Virus record (IMG/VR): IMGVR_UViG_3300022723_000177
Location: 1-64,000 of that record
DNA: 64,000 bases
Origin: a virus
Reading direction: 5' to 3' (one strand)
The translations under genes were made by a program, and so were the position numbers. Below, in pieces: positions 35,480 to 44,697 of the stretch. The notes beneath the pieces are model-generated. The model did no database searches, was not told where the DNA came from, and saw only the letters and a program-made list of their open reading frames with translations. Each line of letters starts with the position of its first letter. The stretch's first letter is position 1.

Positions 35480-35664
35480 GACGCGCGGCCCTTCAGCCAG
35501 CGCACGACGTGCGGCGAGAGGTCGAGCCCCGCGGCCTCGTAGTGGTCGAGGACTTCCTGCGCCGTGACTTGGCCGGTCTTCACGAGCTGGCGGATGCCCA
35601 TGCTCTTCGCGTGGCGGTGTGAGAGCAGCTTCACCACTTCTTTCTGTCCGCGCTCTTTCGTCAT
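35476..35664 (-). CDS. Small hypothetical HTH-like protein (62 aa)
   Basis: ATGA-coupled to the downstream gene. Confidence 0.45.
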   Translation of the reverse strand: MTKERGQKEVVKLLSHRHAKSMGIRQLVKTGQVTAQEVLDHYEAAGLDLSPHVVRWLKGRAS

Positions 35665-35861
35665 ACGTCTTCTCCCTTCGCCCGAGCGAGCTCGAGCGTC
35701 ACCGCATCCAGCTGAATCTGGAGCATCGTGTTCTTCCGGCGGAGCTCCTGCGCTTCCGCCACCGAGGTATCGCGCGCCCTGCCGAGTGTCTTCAGCTTAC
35801 CGACCGCTTCGGCTAGGCGCGCCTCGTAGTACTCGCGTTCGGCGTCAGCCGTGGTCTGCAT
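35661..35861 (-). CDS. Small coiled-coil protein
   Basis: MQTTADAEREYYEARLAEAVGKLK... Internal ATG start at 35861. Confidence 0.45.
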   Translation of the reverse strand: MQTTADAEREYYEARLAEAVGKLKTLGRARDTSVAEAQELRRKNTMLQIQLDAVTLELARAKGEDV

Positions 35862-35865
35862 GTCA

Positions 35866-36342
35866 TTAGCCACGCTTGGCCTCGCTTTCACCGAGCAGCT
35901 TACTGAGCGCGGTAAGCCGGCGGTCGAACTCCGAACGCGGAGCGTCGAGGTCGATGATGAACGCCGTGGAGCGCGGCACTTCATCGTGTTTCCACGAGCC
36001 GCTGTACTGGTTCAGATTCGCGAGCACCGCCTCCGCAATCTTCAGTGCGCGCTTCTCCGCCTTGATCAGCGGAGATCGTAGCCGGTAGGTGTTCCCCCCT
36101 GCGCGCGTCTCATCGCGCACAATCGCCATTTCGCGGTAGCGCCTCTCCTCGGCGGTGAAGTTGTACTCGACCATCACTTCGTAGAAGAACTGCTCCTCCC
36201 CGTCGTACGATCCGGACTCTTGCTCAATGTCGCGGTACCTGCCGCAGCGAGCGCACGGACTCGCGACATCCGCCATCGAGACCATCAGCTCGAACGCACT
36301 CACACACTCAGCGTTGGGGCAGTAGCAGACGCAGCGCCTCAT
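35866..36342 (-). CDS. Hypothetical Cys-rich protein (zinc-binding?)
   Basis: CVCYCPNAEC...CARCGRY in the translation. Confidence 0.5.
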   Translation of the reverse strand: MRRCVCYCPNAECVSAFELMVSMADVASPCARCGRYRDIEQESGSYDGEEQFFYEVMVEYNFTAEERRYREMAIVRDETRAGGNTYRLRSPLIKAEKRALKIAEAVLANLNQYSGSWKHDEVPRSTAFIIDLDAPRSEFDRRLTALSKLLGESEAKRG

Positions 36343-36538
36343 TTCCGCTCCTCGCTGCGGTCGAGTTTGCGGAGCTCGATCATCGCGCTGAGCGCAACCT
36401 TGTAGAACAGCACCTCGAGCTCGTGCCTGGTGAGGGAGCGTTTCGTAAGCTGGCCACCGCCGTGGCCGGGGCGTCCTTCGAACGCGTGCTGCATCTGTGC
36501 GCGAGCGATATAGCGTGCTAGGTCTTGAGCGGATGCCA
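36339..36538 (-). CDS. Hypothetical small protein (first gene of the leftward operon after the non-coding island)
   Basis: ATG at 36538. The motif copy at 36670-36686 lies about 130 bp upstream in the same orientation. Confidence 0.45.
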
Positions 36539-36988
36539 TGTTCTCTCCCCCTGGTGGGTTCAACGAGGCCTTCGGAGCGGAGCGGTGAGGGATGAACGAC
36601 GGTGCATACTGTATGCGGTGCGTTCGCCGCCTCTCTCCGAAGGCTGATGTATCACAATGCAAGCCGCGAGCCAAGTGCAAAGTGCCACGAGACCGCGCAC
36701 AGCGGCTTCCCAGTTCTGGCGCCACTGGAACCGGTGACGAGGCGTGTCACTAGGTGCCGCAAAATGCGGCTCTGCCACATTAGCTCCGTCCGAGGCCGGC
36801 CCCGGACGGTTCGGACCCGTCGAGTGATTCTGGTCCCTCAGGCTCCTGAGGGGTTGGGCTTTCCATGGCGCTGTAAGCCACCCACACCTCTCTGCGAGAA
36901 ACGCGCCCGGTCCAGTTGCAATCGGGACACCCTTGGGTGGTGGCTCCACAGCCCGCGCACGCTACTACCCGCCAACGGACGAGCCGCC

Positions 36989-37198
36989 TCACTCAGGTAT
37001 CCTCCAGTTCGTCGCGATCTCGCGCTCGCGGTGTTGACGCAGGTGCCTGTGAAGCCCGGATTTGGTACGGATCGGCACTTCGCACGTTGCACACCAGCAG
37101 TACCCCATGACGTGGAAGAACGCCTCGACGTCGCTGTCCAGACCGACGCGGCAGTAGCTCACGTCCCGAGCTCTACGACCCACCCGAAGCTCCGCCAA
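36989..37198 (-). CDS. Small zinc-finger-like protein (C..C...H..H)
   Basis: GYCWCATCEVPIRTKSGLHRHLRQH in the translation. Confidence 0.3.
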   Translation of the reverse strand: MAELRVGRRARDVSYCRVGLDSDVEAFFHVMGYCWCATCEVPIRTKSGLHRHLRQHREREIATNWRIPE

Positions 37199-37392
37199 CG
37201 CTCGAGAGTCGGGGCCATCGGGGCTCCGTGCGTCTGAGACCTGGACTCGAGCAAAAGCGTTCGCTGCTCACGGCCTTCGAGGTCCCGCGCATCCTCGGGG
37301 CGTACTGGGAAGCACGCGTCATACCGGAGCATGTCGAACGGGAAGTCACCCCTGCCGCTGACGGTAAATCGCACGATCTTCTTAGAAGCCAT
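37159..37392 (-). CDS. Hypothetical protein (77 aa)
   Basis: AAGGAG RBS on the minus strand 8 nt upstream of the ATG at 37392. Confidence 0.5.
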   Translation of the reverse strand: MASKKIVRFTVSGRGDFPFDMLRYDACFPVRPEDARDLEGREQRTLLLESRSQTHGAPMAPTLERWRSFGWVVELGT

Positions 37393-37942
37393 CTTGAGTC
37401 TCCTTCTTCGGGATCAGCGGGTGAAGCAGCACCGGCGCGTAGCCGATCGCCTCGGGACACACGTTCACGTAGCGCTTGTCAGGGAGCTTGTGGTAGTCGA
37501 TGCCACCGTATTCCCCCGTGACCCTCCAGGACGCTGAGATCGTCTTGCTGTGTACGTGCCCGTGGACGTTGATGCGCCCGCGGAGCTCGTCAGGATGGAT
37601 CGGCGCGTGCGAGAGCCACGCCTTCTGACCCTTCTTGCGTTTGTAGTAGACGAGCCCGAACACCTCTTCGAAGACCTTGAGATACTCCCAGGTCGGAAGG
37701 TGGTCGTGGTTCCCGCGCACCAGGAACTTCGTGCCGGGCAGCGAGCCGAGCTTCACGAGCGCCTCGCTAGAGAACGCCGAGTCCCCCAGGACCCAGACCT
37801 TGTCGCGCGGGTTCACCACCGAGCACCAGCCATCCATGAGGCACTGCTCGTGTTCCTCCATGGTCTCGAACGGGCGAAACTCCGTGATACGCTTGTGGCC
37901 GAAGTGGAGGTCGCTGATGGCCCACGTGTTGATCGGTTTCAT
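37382..37942 (-). CDS. Calcineurin-like metallophosphoesterase (Ser/Thr phosphatase family)
   Basis: ISDLHFGH, GNHD and GHVH motifs. ATG at 37942 with GGGAGGGGG upstream. Confidence 0.8.
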   Translation of the reverse strand: MKPINTWAISDLHFGHKRITEFRPFETMEEHEQCLMDGWCSVVNPRDKVWVLGDSAFSSEALVKLGSLPGTKFLVRGNHDHLPTWEYLKVFEEVFGLVYYKRKKGQKAWLSHAPIHPDELRGRINVHGHVHSKTISASWRVTGEYGGIDYHKLPDKRYVNVCPEAIGYAPVLLHPLIPKKETQDGF

Positions 37943-38238
37943 TCCCCCTCCCAAGCCTTCACCATCCGGCGCACGAACGAAAGCTCAGCGCCGGGCTGGG
38001 GCACTGCCGGGCCCGGGCGTACGCACCGCCGGCAGGTCTCCGGGTCGTTTCGGTCTTTGGTGTCTTCGCCGAACGCGGCACCCACAGCCTCTCCTAGCGC
38101 CTCGAGGTCGTCGAGCATTTTCGCGGCGCCATCACGCTCGCGCCCGCATACCTCGTCGACGGAGATCCGGGCGTCGAGGGCGTCGTAGGCACTGATCGCG
38201 GCGCGAGTCCGTGCGAGATCCGGGAGCTCGCGGCTCAT
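37939..38238 (-). CDS. Hypothetical protein (99 aa)
   Basis: ATGA-coupled to the downstream gene. Confidence 0.45.
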   Translation of the reverse strand: MSRELPDLARTRAAISAYDALDARISVDEVCGRERDGAAKMLDDLEALGEAVGAAFGEDTKDRNDPETCRRCVRPGPAVPQPGAELSFVRRMVKAWEGE

Positions 38239-38504
38239 CGAGGCCCCTCCGGAAGCACCGCCCAGTGAGTCACACGGTCAACCAAGTATCCGTCGCGACC
38301 CTGCAGTACCCACCCATTCGGAATGAAGTCGCGCTCCCATTCGGGGCAAGAGGCAGAAGGCATGCGCAGGCGTCCTATCATGGCGCCCTCGCGCTCGGCT
38401 ACCCAGATCAGCACCTCGATCGATTCGACCCAGTCACCGAAGTCTCCATCGACCGACGGCGGCGGAGACTGTTCGTTCGTGGGAATCCAGATTGTGGTTG
38501 TCAT
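38235..38504 (-). CDS. Hypothetical protein (89 aa), first gene of the leftward operon
   Basis: Start adjacent to the divergent intergenic region. Confidence 0.45.
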   Translation of the reverse strand: MTTTIWIPTNEQSPPPSVDGDFGDWVESIEVLIWVAEREGAMIGRLRMPSASCPEWERDFIPNGWVLQGRDGYLVDRVTHWAVLPEGPR

Positions 38505-38599
38505 CTGTTTCTCTCTTCAAAACTACGTATCGGTGAGTGCGCCGGAACCTTTAGGCGGTGTTGCGAAAATCTCACGGCGGACGAACTTTGTCAATCATG

Positions 38600-38614
38600 G
38601 ACGCAAATTGCGTC
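38600..38614. promoter_or_regulatory. Palindrome gacgcaa-a-ttgcgtc in the divergent promoter region
   Basis: Exact inverted repeat. A TTGACA hexamer (read on the minus strand) lies at about 38586-38591. Confidence 0.4.
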
Positions 38615-38675
38615 ACCTATTCCGCTCCAGATGTACTCACCCCCGAGGCGCCTCAGCCAGGCGCTCGTCGCGGCG

Positions 38676-38705
38676 TTGCTATTTTGGCACGAGGGTTGCT
38701 ATATC
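38676..38705 (+). promoter_or_regulatory. Sigma-70-like promoter candidate (TTGCTA - 18 nt - TATATC) for the rightward replication operon
   Basis: Hexamers read directly, about 50 bp upstream of the ATG at 38753. Confidence 0.35.
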
Positions 38706-38752
38706 GCCTGGCACAACAACACGGTCCACGGACCACGAAAGGGGTTTCGAAA

Positions 38753-39784
38753 ATGGCATTCTCTCCCTACATGAACGGCATGAGCGCAGAGCAGATCCGC
38801 AGCGGCATCCAGAGCATGGATCCGGGACGCCGCTCGTCGCTGATCTCCCGCGCCTTCCCCGGCACTCCGCTGCCGAAGGGCCTGACGGTCGCCGAGGCCC
38901 TGCACGAGGCCGGTGCGAACTTCAACGTCACGATGGCTCCTCAGCACACGAAGAATCCGGTGACGGGTGAGTGGCAGGAGAGTCGCAAGAGCGTCGGCCT
39001 GCTGCGGACGGACACGGGCGCCGAGGTCGGCTCGGCCACGGGCTCCTACGGAATCATCCAGTCGGTGGACTGCTTCGCGGCGGCCCAGGCGCTCGTCGAG
39101 CGCGGCACCCTCAGCCTGGACTTCTGCCAGGTAGTCGACGGAGGAGCGAAGGTTCGGCTCGGCGGCCTCATCGGGTCGAGCACAATCTACCAGGCGAGCC
39201 GCCCGGATGACGCGGACATCCTGGCCCACTTCGTGCTCTTCGAGGCGAATCACTCCGGTGCAGGCAAGAGCACGGGTCAGCTCTACACGCTGCGGCTGGC
39301 CTGCTTCAATGGCATGACTTCGAAGGAGCTCGCCGGCCAGTTCGGGATCGCCCACTACGCCAACGGCACGAAGAAGATGCTCGAGGCCTCGGCGGCGCTG
39401 CTGCATGTCCACGAAGCCGCGGTCGAGGAGGCCGCGATCTTCCAGCGCCTCGCGCTTCACGAGCTCTCGCTCACGCGCTTCCGCGAGTTCGCCGTTGACC
39501 TGCTCGACGACACGCGCGGGTTCTGCGACGTGGATGAGGACTCTAAGGCGCGCGTCACGCGTCGGGTGAACGACATCGAGGAGCTCGAGAACTACTTCCT
39601 GAAGGGCGCAGGCAACGCCGGCCGGACTCACTACGACGCGTACAACGCGGTCACGGACTGGCTCACGCCTCGGCGGGAGCGCCTGAAGGATGCGCAGGCC
39701 TTCGCCAAGCGGTTCGAGTCGACGACCAGCGGCAACGCAGCTACTGTCAGGAGCCGCGCGCTCAATCTGCTGAGCCGCTGGTAA
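38753..39784 (+). CDS. Phage/plasmid-related protein (possibly DUF932-like)
   Basis: 343 aa. Start at the internal ATG at 38753. Family assignment is from memory of DUF932 features only. Confidence 0.5.
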   Translation: MAFSPYMNGMSAEQIRSGIQSMDPGRRSSLISRAFPGTPLPKGLTVAEALHEAGANFNVTMAPQHTKNPVTGEWQESRKSVGLLRTDTGAEVGSATGSYGIIQSVDCFAAAQALVERGTLSLDFCQVVDGGAKVRLGGLIGSSTIYQASRPDDADILAHFVLFEANHSGAGKSTGQLYTLRLACFNGMTSKELAGQFGIAHYANGTKKMLEASAALLHVHEAAVEEAAIFQRLALHELSLTRFREFAVDLLDDTRGFCDVDEDSKARVTRRVNDIEELENYFLKGAGNAGRTHYDAYNAVTDWLTPRRERLKDAQAFAKRFESTTSGNAATVRSRALNLLSRW

Positions 39785-39823
39785 GATCTCGGTCCGGCAG
39801 CACACAAGGTGCGGCTGGAACGG

Positions 39824-39849
39824 GCCCGGGGGTAGCCAATCCCCCGGGC
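39824..39849 (+). terminator. GC-rich hairpin gcccggggg-tagccaat-cccccgggc (terminator or attenuator candidate)
   Basis: 9-bp perfect stem directly after the 39784 stop. No U-tract. Confidence 0.4.
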
Positions 39850-39861
39850 TCAGGAGGCACG

Positions 39862-40128
39862 ATGCCGACGAAGAGAAGAGTCGCTGGTGCGGGCGCCCAG
39901 AAAGGGCACTCCGCAAGAACAAACCCCCGGCGACTGCTGTGGGACACATTCAAGGAGCTCGGTCCAGGTCGACCGGCCACGGTCCGTGAGCTCGAGAAAG
40001 GCACAGGCCTAGGGCGTTCGTTCCTCGGCACGCTCTGCAGACAGCTCGAGAGGCGCGGCCGTATCCGCCGCATTCAGCTCCCGAAAGGAAAAGGCGACGC
40101 CTGGGTTCTGATCGCGTCACCTTCCTAG
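39862..40128 (+). CDS. Winged-helix DNA-binding protein (putative transcriptional regulator)
   Basis: RPATVRELEKGTGLGRSFLGTLCRQLERRGRIRRIQ is wHTH-like. 88 aa. Confidence 0.5.
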   Translation: MPTKRRVAGAGAQKGHSARTNPRRLLWDTFKELGPGRPATVRELEKGTGLGRSFLGTLCRQLERRGRIRRIQLPKGKGDAWVLIASPS

Positions 40129-40164
40129 CCCGTCGGGCACTCACCCGGTATCCTGTGTCGCAAC

Positions 40165-40205
40165 GGCCGCCTCGGAGGTAATAGCATTCTCCCTCCGGGG
40201 CGGCC
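40165..40205 (+). terminator. Strong stem-loop ggccgcctcggagg-(13 nt)-cctccggggcggcc
   Basis: 14-bp stem with one G-U pair, between the wHTH gene and the repeat-protein gene. Confidence 0.45.
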
Positions 40206-40234
40206 CACCTTCACACCCACACGAGGTACCTGAC

Positions 40235-40849
40235 ATGGCGAACCGAGACCCCGCCGCGCTGCGCGCTGTCGCAGCGGGCAAGCCCGCGGCCCTCGCGGCC
40301 CTCACTGCGAACGACGCCACGGCGCTCACCACCGGCGGGGCCGCGGTCCTGGCCACGGCCGACGCGGACGTGCTCGACAACATGCGTGTCAGGATCGGCG
40401 AAATTGCTGCTGTCCTGGACTCCTACGGCATGGTGACCGGGACCCCGGACTCGAACTCCCTCAAGGAGCTTGCGGCCGGACGCTCGCGACCACAGGCGGC
40501 GCTCACTACGGCAGATGCCACGGCGCTCACCACCGCGGGCGGCACCGACCTGCAGACCACGGACGCGGATGTCATCGACAACATGCGCGCTCGGGTCCTC
40601 GAGATCGAGGCCCGGCTCACCTCACACGGGGTGCTGGCCGGCTCGTCGGTACCCTCGAGCCTCCGCGCGACCGCGGCCGGCAAGCCTGGGCCGGGCGCAA
40701 CGCTCACGGCGGCAGACGCCACGGCAGTATCAACCGGCGGATCTGACGACCTACGCACGGCGGACTCGGATGTCATCGACGCAGTGCGTACGCGGATCGG
40801 AGATCTGGAGACCCGTCTCGAGGCGATGGGGATGCTGCCCGAGAGTTAG
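40235..40849 (+). CDS. Protein composed of three about 66-aa tandem repeats
   Basis: Repeats AALTANDATALTTGGAAVLATADADVLDNMRVRIGEIAAVLDSYGMV, AALTTADATALTTAGGTDLQTTDADVIDNMRARVLEIEARLTSHGVL and ATLTAADATAVSTGGSDDLRTADSDVIDAVRTRIGDLETRLEAMGML. Confidence 0.6.
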   Translation: MANRDPAALRAVAAGKPAALAALTANDATALTTGGAAVLATADADVLDNMRVRIGEIAAVLDSYGMVTGTPDSNSLKELAAGRSRPQAALTTADATALTTAGGTDLQTTDADVIDNMRARVLEIEARLTSHGVLAGSSVPSSLRATAAGKPGPGATLTAADATAVSTGGSDDLRTADSDVIDAVRTRIGDLETRLEAMGMLPES

Positions 40850-40952
40850 GTCCACAGATCGTCCTCCACCCCAGGCGCCCGTTTGCACCTTGCAGGCGGG
40901 CGCCCTCATTTGGTAGAGTGCGGACACTGACTGTAGGAGGAGGCAGCAGGGT

Positions 40953-42782
40953 TTGGCCAGCATCGGCTACGACGCAGAATCTGATTCACTCGAGCTGAAG
41001 TTCCCATACGATCTAGGCCTCGTCGAGAAGGCCAAGACGATCTTCGGGTACTCCTGGGTGAAGTCCCGGAAATGTTGGCGCTACCCCGCTTCGGTGGACG
41101 TGGCGCGGCAGATCGTGGATGTCTTCGACCCAGACGTAGGGCCGGGCTTCGCCGGCTGGTGGACGGAGGCTACGCGGGCGCGGCGTGCCGCGGACAACGC
41201 GCGGGCTTTGCTCAACGGCGGGGCGGAGCTCTCCGGCGACCTAGAGCTCGACTACCACAAGCCCTCCTACGATCACCAGCATCGCTACTGCGTCTGGGCC
41301 GCCACGCGTGACCTGGCCGGCGTGACCTACCGCGCACAGTTCAGCCAACAGGGCACCGGGAAGACGAAGTCCGAGATCGACATCACGGTCTGGGAGATCA
41401 AGAGGGGGATTTGCCCCGGTATGGTCCTGGTGTTCTGTCCTAACAGCGTGAAGCGGAACTGGAAGACCGAGTTCTACGAGTTCTCCCCTGGCGGTCTCTT
41501 CCACCCCGTCGCGATCGATGGTAGTGCTCCTCAGAAGGTCGGGCTCCTCGAGAACCTCCCAATCATCGCGAGCAGCACCGGCGAAATCCCCGTAGCCATC
41601 ATCAACTACGACGTACTCAGCCAGCCTTCGCAGAAGGGTGTGCTCGAGAGGCTTCGCACCATGGCAGCCAAAGGCCTCTTCGGGAAGGTGATCTTCGACG
41701 AGTCTCAGATGGTGAAGAACTCGAAGAGCGGGCGCGGGGCGAACGCGTTCCTGCTCGCGAAGGAGATCCCCGTCAAGGTCGTCATGACTGGGACTCCCTA
41801 CACGCAGAGCCCGCTCGACGCCTTCAACCAGATGCGGGTGCTCTCGACTGAGATCCTCGGCGCAAACTTCCACGCGTTCAAGCGCCACCACGTCGAGATG
41901 GGTGGGTGGCAGGGCCGCGAGGTCGTCGGCTACCGCCACGAGGACGAGCTCGAGGAGAAAGTGAATCGGCACGCGTACCGAGTTCTGCTCGAGGACTGCG
42001 TCGACATGCCCGAGGAGATCGACGTCACCCGCGTGTGCGACATGAGCCCAGAGCAGATCCGCGTGACCAAGGAGGTCCGCAGCCAGCTGCTGGCGGTGCT
42101 CGAGGGCGAAGACGCACAGGCGGTGATGCTTTCGGCGAGCAACGCGCTGTCGAAGCTCGTGCGATTCAACCAGATCACTTCTGGCTTCATCGAAGATGAC
42201 CGTGGGCGCCGCAAGCGCTTCGAACCGAACCCGAAGCTGGACTTGCTCATGGAGATCGTGAACGGCGAGGTTCCCGCAGACGAGAAGATCGTGGTCTGGT
42301 GTGCGTTCAAGGCCGACGTGCGCGCGATCTCTGACAAGCTCACCGAGCTGAAGATGGACCACGCTACCTACTTCGGGGACATGCCTGACGAGAAGCGCGC
42401 TCGAGAGGAAGATCGCTTCCGAACGAGTGACACCTGTCGGGTCATGGTGGCCACTCCTGATACGGGCGGGATCGGTCTGAACTGGCAGGCCGCCTGCTGG
42501 TGCATCTTCTACAGCTACGGCTTCAATTGGGGGCTCATCGACCAAGCTCGAGCACGGATCCGCCGCATCACTCAGAAGCAGCGGATGCAGTTCGTCTGGC
42601 TCGTCGCAGAGAACCCGGAGACCCGACGCGCGTCACACGGCGTGAGTTCGGGGATCAACAGCTGGACGCTGCAGAACCTGAAGGAGAAGTCGGACATCGC
42701 GGAGTTCATGACGGGGGACTTCAGGAAGAAGTCCGGGGTAGATCCGCGATCTATGTTGAAGCAGGCCCTGGAGGTAGTGTGA
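40953..42782 (+). CDS. SF2 helicase (SNF2/DEAD-like)
   Basis: GTGKT Walker A, VIFDESQ (DExQ box), and C-terminal motif VI-like QARARIRRITQ. TTG start at 40953. Confidence 0.8.
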   Translation: MASIGYDAESDSLELKFPYDLGLVEKAKTIFGYSWVKSRKCWRYPASVDVARQIVDVFDPDVGPGFAGWWTEATRARRAADNARALLNGGAELSGDLELDYHKPSYDHQHRYCVWAATRDLAGVTYRAQFSQQGTGKTKSEIDITVWEIKRGICPGMVLVFCPNSVKRNWKTEFYEFSPGGLFHPVAIDGSAPQKVGLLENLPIIASSTGEIPVAIINYDVLSQPSQKGVLERLRTMAAKGLFGKVIFDESQMVKNSKSGRGANAFLLAKEIPVKVVMTGTPYTQSPLDAFNQMRVLSTEILGANFHAFKRHHVEMGGWQGREVVGYRHEDELEEKVNRHAYRVLLEDCVDMPEEIDVTRVCDMSPEQIRVTKEVRSQLLAVLEGEDAQAVMLSASNALSKLVRFNQITSGFIEDDRGRRKRFEPNPKLDLLMEIVNGEVPADEKIVVWCAFKADVRAISDKLTELKMDHATYFGDMPDEKRAREEDRFRTSDTCRVMVATPDTGGIGLNWQAACWCIFYSYGFNWGLIDQARARIRRITQKQRMQFVWLVAENPETRRASHGVSSGINSWTLQNLKEKSDIAEFMTGDFRKKSGVDPRSMLKQALEVV

Positions 42783-43102
42783 GTGAAGCTGCTGTTCTGA
42801 TCCGAGGTGCGGGTGCTGTCATCTGGAACGATGGCGGGCAGGATCGCGTCGTGGACTCCCCCGACATCACCGTGTGTCCGAGCGGGCTCGTGGTCTGGCG
42901 ACACCCGGACAACGGTGCCTACCACATCAGCTACGGCATCGAGGCGGCGATCACAGAGGTGGAGTACTTCCTCCCGAGCGGCCTACCGAGCGCGGGCGAG
43001 GACGCGCCACCGAGCTGCGACAAGTGCCTGGACTCAAACGACATCGTCGCGGGCATGCGCCCGCCGCGTTGTCCGCAATGCAACCGTAAGGCATTCAACT
43101 AG
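42779..43102 (+). CDS. Hypothetical protein with C-terminal zinc ribbon (CDKC...CPQC)
   Basis: GTG at 42779 overlapping the helicase stop (GTGTGA). Confidence 0.45.
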   Translation: MSEAAVLIRGAGAVIWNDGGQDRVVDSPDITVCPSGLVVWRHPDNGAYHISYGIEAAITEVEYFLPSGLPSAGEDAPPSCDKCLDSNDIVAGMRPPRCPQCNRKAFN

Positions 43103-43113
43103 GAGGAGACCCC

Positions 43114-43566
43114 GTGGCCGAGGCACCGGAACCCCAGGACGAGGAGCTCTTCAGCGAGCTCATGCGTCAATACGACCAGATCGACGAGCAGCTCGCAGAG
43201 GTCGACATCCGCAAGAAGGAGCTCGACGAGGCGAAGAAACACGTCCGGGCTCTGCTCAAGGACTGCGTCGAGAACATGGGGCTCGGGCCTGGGGCCACGC
43301 TGCCCATCGATGGGCTCGGGAAGTTCAGCTTCACAACCCAACGCTACTACCACTGCCCAGCCGACCGCCGACAGGACTTCGTTGGTTACCTGATCGAACG
43401 CGGCGAAGAGGCCGTGCTCTCCGTCGGGAAGAGCGACCTGAACCAGTGGGCTGAAGACATGAAGCAGACCGAGCAGGCGGTCCCGCCCTACATCACGTTC
43501 CACGAGGATCGTTTCGTTCCTCGCATTTCGCTCGAGGCCTCCAAGGTCCGGCGACAGAAGAGCTAG
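43114..43566 (+). CDS. Hypothetical coiled-coil protein (150 aa)
   Basis: Clean ORF with gaggagaccccgtgg RBS region. Confidence 0.5.
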   Translation: MAEAPEPQDEELFSELMRQYDQIDEQLAEVDIRKKELDEAKKHVRALLKDCVENMGLGPGATLPIDGLGKFSFTTQRYYHCPADRRQDFVGYLIERGEEAVLSVGKSDLNQWAEDMKQTEQAVPPYITFHEDRFVPRISLEASKVRRQKS

Positions 43567-43575
43567 GAGGCTCAC

Positions 43576-44448
43576 ATGACCGAGACGAACGCACTGACTG
43601 TGTTCAGCGAGCTGGAGGTCCCGGCAGCTGTTGGCAACCGCATCCTGGACATGGTCCCGGACTTCACCGAACTCTCTCGCGACGAACAGCTGCAGTACGT
43701 CGAGTTCTTCCTCTCACAGGCGGAGAACACGACCGAGAATGTGAAGTCTCGGTTCCCACAGATCACCGTCAAGCACGCGGGGGCCAACGCGATCGAGCTC
43801 CCCGTCGCCCTTGGTCAGGACACCCCAGCGCTCGTGCGCGAGTTCGAGGGGATCCTTCTCTACCAGTATCTGACCAAGGCGTACTGGGCGCAGAAGTACG
43901 GACAAGGGCGAAGCGGGCCGCCGGACTGCGCGTCGCTCGATGCGCTCAAGCCCTACACCTCCGAGGACCGTCGGGTCAGCGAGTCGTGCATCAGTTGCCC
44001 GATGAATCGCTTCGGCACCGCGAAGCGGGACGACGGCACGAGCTCGCGGGGGAAGGCCTGTCGCGACCAGAAGCGGGTGATCCTCGCCCTTGATGACCAC
44101 GAACTGCCGTGCCGGCTGTCGTGCTCGGCCGCGAACATCAAGGCGCTCGACGGCTACCTGAACGATTTGCGCGACCAGGGTAGCCCGATCGGCACCGTGA
44201 TCACGAAGATCCGCGCCGTCGGCCAGACTAGCGCTGACGGCGCAGACTTCACAGGCCTCGAGTTCTCGACGGTCCGACCGGTCACTCCGGAAGAGCTCCG
44301 GAACGTGATGAAGATGAAGGCCGCCTACCAGGACGACTTCCGCATGGGCGCCATCGAAGCCGATGAGGGCCGAGATGACGGTCCGGAGCCGGATCCCGAA
44401 GAGCGGGCTCAGGCGGCGAGGTCCCAGAAGGCCGCAGACGTGATGTAG
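43576..44448 (+). CDS. Hypothetical Cys-containing protein (possible recombination or replication accessory)
   Basis: 290 aa with ggaggctcacATG RBS. CISCP...C cluster. No family recognised with confidence. Confidence 0.5.
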   Translation: MTETNALTVFSELEVPAAVGNRILDMVPDFTELSRDEQLQYVEFFLSQAENTTENVKSRFPQITVKHAGANAIELPVALGQDTPALVREFEGILLYQYLTKAYWAQKYGQGRSGPPDCASLDALKPYTSEDRRVSESCISCPMNRFGTAKRDDGTSSRGKACRDQKRVILALDDHELPCRLSCSAANIKALDGYLNDLRDQGSPIGTVITKIRAVGQTSADGADFTGLEFSTVRPVTPEELRNVMKMKAAYQDDFRMGAIEADEGRDDGPEPDPEERAQAARSQKAADVM

Positions 44449-44457
44449 GAGGGGCGT

Positions 44458-44697
44458 ATGTCCCAACAGATCGACGGGCGTAAGTGCCCGACGTGTCGGT
44501 CGACGAACATTTCGCCGATCGAGAACAGCGCCCGGATGCACCAGTGCGCGAACGGACACCAGCTCGTAGAGCAGCACCGCGAAGGGATCTTCGGAGACGA
44601 GGTCTACTTCGTCCACCCGCAACGTAGCGGTCGGCGCGTCTTCACGAGCACTGAGAACCTTCCCGTTGCCGGGAAGACTGAACCGAAGGAACTGTGA
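44458..44697 (+). CDS. Zinc-ribbon protein (CPTC...C..H)
   Basis: KCPTCRSTNISPIENSARMHQCANGH in the translation. Confidence 0.45.
   Translation: MSQQIDGRKCPTCRSTNISPIENSARMHQCANGHQLVEQHREGIFGDEVYFVHPQRSGRRVFTSTENLPVAGKTEPKEL

Noticed and set aside
36602-37237. Plus-strand ORF 36602..37237 (211 aa) in the non-coding island
   Set aside because: Cys/Arg/Pro-rich translation with no RBS, running opposite to the operon direction. Treated as a spurious frame.
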